64,000 nt of DNA from Lama guanicoe (Eukaryota), in the NCBI GenBank assembly GCA_013239625.1, contig MU053881.1, positions 12,538,879-12,602,878 on the forward strand. The letters run 5' to 3'. Below are positions 59,197-64,000 of this stretch, in pieces. The position numbers were made by a program, and so were the translations under genes. Numbering within the stretch: the first letter of the stretch is position 1; every line of letters begins with the position of its first letter. The notes under the pieces are model-generated. The model was given only the letters and a program-made list of their open reading frames with translations. It had not been told where the DNA came from and did not search any database.

Positions 59197-59936
59197 TTTG
59201 GAGAGATGACTACTGAAAGAACGCAATGGATTAAAAGCCATCCAAGTCAACTAGATTTGGACTGTCCAAACTCTTCCACTGTGCAGTGTTTTGCTGGAAC
59301 TCTTCGCCCCCGTTTTATAGAAGGAATACTCTTCAGAAAATTTACCAAAGTGCGTAATCGTGTTTTACCATGAGCTGTGGATAGGGGAACACAGTGACGA
59401 GACTGAGCATTTCTTCAAAATGAGGGTAGGATTGGCGTCTTTGAGGATGGAAAGACGAGGAGCAACTTACAGAGAAACAAAGCTAGAGACCGTGGATCAT
59501 CCTTTACAAGAGCCCCTGTAAATAGCTAACTTTTTATTTAAAATTCTTTCCCTTAGACTCTGAGAAAAATTGTATTGAGTATCCAGGTCTACTTTTCCTT
59601 TTCTTTACTGTGACTTGCTTTAGTTGTCTCTAGAACTTCAGAAAAAAAACACACAGACTTGTGTTAGAGTGGTTGGCATGTGTATGTGGTGTTGGTGGGG
59701 ATGTAGAGGGAGACCACAGACCATCTAACATGATTAGTTCTACCATCATTTTCTGGCTTTTGTGTTTTTCAAGTAAAATGCAGCTCAGCAGTTACAAAAG
59801 AAAATCATAAATAGAGTTGTCCGGCAGCGTTTCAGACAAATTGACTTTCCCAATACCCTTTTGACATTAAGATTTTGGAGACATAAAGACATTTGATGTC
59901 CAATAAAAAGTCAAGCCTGTGGAATTATTTGGCTGC

Positions 59937-60394
59937 TGTAATGGTTAACTTCATACGCCAACCTCACTGGGCCACAGGATACCCAGATATTTGGTCAAAC
60001 ATTATCCTGGGTGTTGCTGTGAGGATGTTTTTGGATGAGATTAACATTTAAATCAGTAGACTGAGCAAAGAAGATTGTCCTCCATAATGTGAGTGGGTCT
60101 CATCTAATCAGTTGAAGGCCTGAATAGAATCAAAAGGCTGACTTTTCCCTGAGTAAGACAGAATTCTTCCTACTTAGTAGCCTTTGATCTAGGGCATTGG
60201 CTCCCCTGGTTCTTAGACCTTCAGACTTGGACTAAAATGAAACCATCAGTTCTCCGGGGTTTCCAGCTTGCCAAGTCACCCTGCAGATCTTGGGACTTTC
60301 CAGGGTCCATAATCACATGAGGCAGTTCCTCATAATAAATCTCTTTGTCTGTATCCTATTGGTTTTGTTTCTCTGGTGAACCCTAACTAATACA
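59937..60394 (+). mobile_element. MLT2C/D ERVL solo LTR
   Basis: TGTAATGGTTAA...AACCCTAACTAATACA; perfect 5-bp TSD GCTGC. Confidence 0.92.
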
Positions 60395-60550
60395 GCTGCC
60401 ATCTTTAGTCAATCTTTTCATATCCTTGCTTCCTGTACAAAGTACATGCCAACTAGTTTGCTAGCTGCTGAACATTCAGTAGATGACCCTACAGACATTG
60501 CTTTTGCTTCTATTGAAGCTCATGTACTAATTAGGAAGAGACTGACAATG

Positions 60551-62342
60551 CAAGCATACCTTGGAGATACTATGGGTTCAGCTCCAGACCACTGCAATAA
60601 AGCAAATATCACAATAAAATAATCACACAGAGTTTTTGGTTTCCTGTTGCATAAAAAGTTATGTTTACACTAAACTGTAATCTATTAAGTGTGCAATAGC
60701 ATTGTCTAATAAAATAATGTGCATACCTCCATTAAGAAATACTTTATTGCTAAAAATTGCTAACCTTCATCTGTGCTGGTGGAGATGTTGATGGCTGCTG
60801 ACTGATCAGGGTGGTGTTTGCTAAAGGCTGGGTGGCTGTAGTAGTTTCTTAGCAGCAGAGATTTTACCACATCGTTTGACTCTTCTCTTCATGAAGTAGA
60901 ACTTCCTTCAAAATCGGAGTCAATCCTCTGAAACCCTGCTGCTGCTTTATCAACTAAGTTTGTGTAATATTCTAAATCCTTTATTGTCATTTCAACAACC
61001 TTCACAGCATCTTCACCAGGAACAGATTCCAACTAAAGAAACCACTTTCTTTGCTTATCCACAAGAAGCAGCTCTTCATCTGCTGAAGTTTTATTATGAG
61101 ATTGCAACAATTCAGTCACATCTTCAGGCTCCACTTCTAGTTCTCTTGCTGTTTCTGCCACATCTGCAGTTACTTCCTCCACTGAAGTCTTGAACCCCTC
61201 AGAGTCATCTGTGGGGATTGAAATCAACTTCTTCCACACTTCTACTAATGTTGGTATTTTAAACTTGTCCCATGAATCATGAATGTTCTTAATGGATCTA
61301 TAATGGTGAATCCTTCATAGAAGGTTTTCAATTTACTTCGCCCACATCCATCAGAGGAATCACTATCTATGGTAGCCATAGCCTTATGAAATTCATTTCT
61401 TAACAGTGGAATTCTTGAACTTCAAAATTTATTCCTTGATCCATGGGCTGCAGAATGGATGTTGTGTTAGCAAGCATGAAAACAACATTAATCTCATCGT
61501 CCATATCCATCAGAGCTCTTGAACCAACTTGAATCTCCTGAACCAACCTCTTCTAGCTTTGGCCTTTTCTTTTGCAGCTTTCTCACCTCTTTCAGCCTTC
61601 ATAGACTTGAAGACAGTTAGGATTAGACTTTGGCTTTGGGAAATGTTGTGGCTGATTTGACCTTCTATCCAGACCACTAAAACTTTCACCATATTGACGA
61701 TAAGGCTGTTTCACCTTTTTTTAAAAAAATCATTTATGTGTTCACTGGAGTAGCACTTTTAATTTCCTTCAAGAACTTTCCCCTTGCATTCACAGGGGGC
61801 CTCGCTTTCAGCCTTTTGACATGCCTTCCTAACTAAGCTTCATCATTTCTAGCTTTGGATTTAAAGTAAGAGAAGTGTGACTTTTTCTTTCACTTGAACA
61901 CTTAGAGGTCATTGTAGGGTTATTAGTTGGCCTAATTTCAGTATTGTTGTGTCTCAGGGACTAGGGAGGCCTGAGAAGAGGGAGAGGTGGGGGAACGGCC
62001 AGCTGGTGGAGCAGTCAGAACACATACAACATTTATCACTTAAGTTCGTGGTCTTACATGGGCAAGGTCCGTGGTGCTCCAAAACAGTGTTGATGTTATG
62101 ACAGTAACATCAAAGATCGCTGATCTCAGATCACCACAGCAAGTATAACAATAGTGAAAAAAGTTTGAAATAGTGGGACAATGATCAAAATGCGACACAG
62201 AGACACGAAATCAGCAAATGCTGTTGGAAAAGAGGCACTGATAGACTATCTTAACCCAGAATTGCTGCAAACCTTCATTTGTAAAAAATGCAGTATCGTT
62301 GACGCTCAATAAAGCAACACACAATAAAATGAGGTATGCCTG
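60551..62342 (-). mobile_element. Tigger1 (pogo/Tc1-mariner) DNA transposon, internally deleted, inserted in L2
   Basis: TIRs caagcatacctt / gaggtatgcctg with TA on the right (TG on the left). Transposase remnants [15 protein letters not shown] and [26 protein letters not shown]. Confidence 0.93.
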
Positions 62343-62349
62343 TACACAA

Positions 62350-63200
62350 AAATTGTATAAAGGATCTTATATTTACAGTATGGAAAAAGGAGAAGGAAAC
62401 TAAGAGCATACTTACCCCGGTCTGGAACATGGAGAAGGTTTTTTCAGAGGTGGTGGCATTTAAAGTAGGTCTTAAGAGATGAGTAGAAGTTATTCTGTAA
62501 AGGTCCTTGAGAGTTAGGGTGGAAAAAGAGTGCCAAGGCGCTGCACTCAGATGGATCTTTGCATGTTTGAGGCCCTGGTATGTCTGGAGTTTAAGGAGGG
62601 AGAGGAAAAGCAGTCATTGAAAGGGACCGGGTTGTGCTGGGCCTTTAGGCTACATTAAGAATTTGAGATTAGATTCTAAGAGCAAACGTAAACCTTGTAA
62701 AGCCTCTTTCAGGAATGTGACACTATCAAACACTGTTGCTTGAAAGAAAAAAGAAATCACTGTGGCAAGTAGTATGAAAAATGGAGAGTGGGAGGTCTAA
62801 AATGGCCGTCAAAAGAAAGACCATTTGAGGTGACAGATGGAGCTGTCCAGACAAGATAGGGCAGTTGCTGTGACCAGGGTGTTGTCAGGGAAAGTGGAAG
62901 GAGTAGGTGGCATCATTTACTAAGTCAAGGAAAATTGGAGCAAAGCAGATCTGCAGGATGATCAAGGGGATTAGAGGGGATGCAGCTAAGTGGCTGAGGT
63001 ATTCACACTGAAATGTGAAGCAGGTAGGTGGAGCTTAGAAAATAAAAATTGGTAGTTATCAGGGTATATAAATGAACTGAAGTGCATGTGACTAGATAAG
63101 TTTGCTAAAGACAGAGGACTATAAAAGGGAAAGAAAAGAGGACCGAGGACTGAACCCAAGGGCCTCTCAGCATTGTCAATCGAAAAGAATGCTGGAGAAT
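62350..63200 (-). mobile_element. LINE-2 fragment
   Basis: cagaggtggtggcatttaaagtaggtcttaagagatgagtagaagtt...aagaggaccgaggactgaaccc. Confidence 0.7.
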
Positions 63201-64000
63201 ATATTAAACAGGGGCACTCACTCTGTCAAAAGCAGGAGCTTCTCTGGATTTGGAACGGGATGATTTGCAATGGCTGATTTGAATCCTTACCTAGTAACCA
63301 CTGATGACCTTCCCCTTCTCTTTACCCTTCACTTTCAAGTTCCTTCTCTTCATCCCTTCTCTTCCTCAGCATTGCAGCCTCACCTTATCACCCTCTTTTC
63401 TGCTCCTAGTTCAGAAAAAACATTTCTTCCTTACTCTCTGGCAAGTGTTAGATGATCTGACTTTAGTCCACTTGTCCCCACTCTTGCAATTTAGCACCCA
63501 ACTTCAGTGTTTGCCGAAATTTATCTATGTCAGATAAGCCCTCGAGGCACCTTTAGAAACAAGTGGGAGGCACTCAAAGCTCCTAACTAGGATGCAGATT
63601 AGTTTGCTGATTTTTGGTCCTGGAGTTGAGTCAGGATCCAAAAGGAGAGAAATGCTAACCCTTTCAGGACCCGCAAGTCCAGGCAGTCTACGAAATATCC
63701 ATGAACGTAACTGTAAAAGTAGTTCAGTGTATTCTCCGACACCAGAAAAGTACATTTTCAGGGGGAAAAGAATTAAGGCTGTTTCTTAGCACAATCAGAG
63801 TCCTTTTATCAGCGTGAAGCCAACTTTAAAATACAAGGATTCTTAGATATAGTAACCCCTAGAAATTTTTTATTTTAAACCTTTCTGTTTCTCACCCTTC
63901 TGGCTCTGAAGATAACCTTCAGAATGTAAATTAATGCAGCAAGGGTTGGAGCCCTGAACCAAAAATTCTGATGCAATATCTCAAAAAATGTTGCAGCTTC

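Noticed and set aside
61033..61692. Functional Tigger transposase or TIGD-like gene
   Set aside because: Fragmented, with stops, frameshifts and a large deletion.
1..64000. CRISPR arrays, operons, retron/DGR-type RT systems, rRNA or snRNA genes
   Set aside because: This is mammalian repeat-rich DNA with no repeat-spacer array. The only intact RT is canonical L1 ORF2, and the other short ORFs show no recognisable non-TE homology.

Overview
This is AT-rich, repeat-dense mammalian genomic DNA, most likely camelid: it carries two tRNA-Ala-derived SINEs of the vic-1 type and cetartiodactyl-style L1 3' UTRs. I recognise no host protein-coding exon. The only long ORF is the RT plus C-terminal half of LINE-1 ORF2, in a young 5'-truncated L1 (32394-35025) with a perfect 13-bp TSD. 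The rest is layered old L1M, L2, MIR, hAT MITEs, a Tigger1 relic and many solo LTRs, several with checkable TSDs. Most old L1s and all six ERV1-type LTRs with a clear family assignment lie on the minus strand, which suggests an intron of a large plus-strand transcript. The most unusual structure is a nested stack at 22.2-26.1 kb, where an ERV1 LTR is split by an apparently retroposed ~0.8 kb mostly non-TE sequence that was itself hit by an L1. A repeat-poor block at ~44-49 kb and a patch at ~15.8 kb look like candidate enhancers. I found no well-supported novel biological system. Repeat subfamily names come from remembered consensus sequences, and boundaries without TSDs are approximate.
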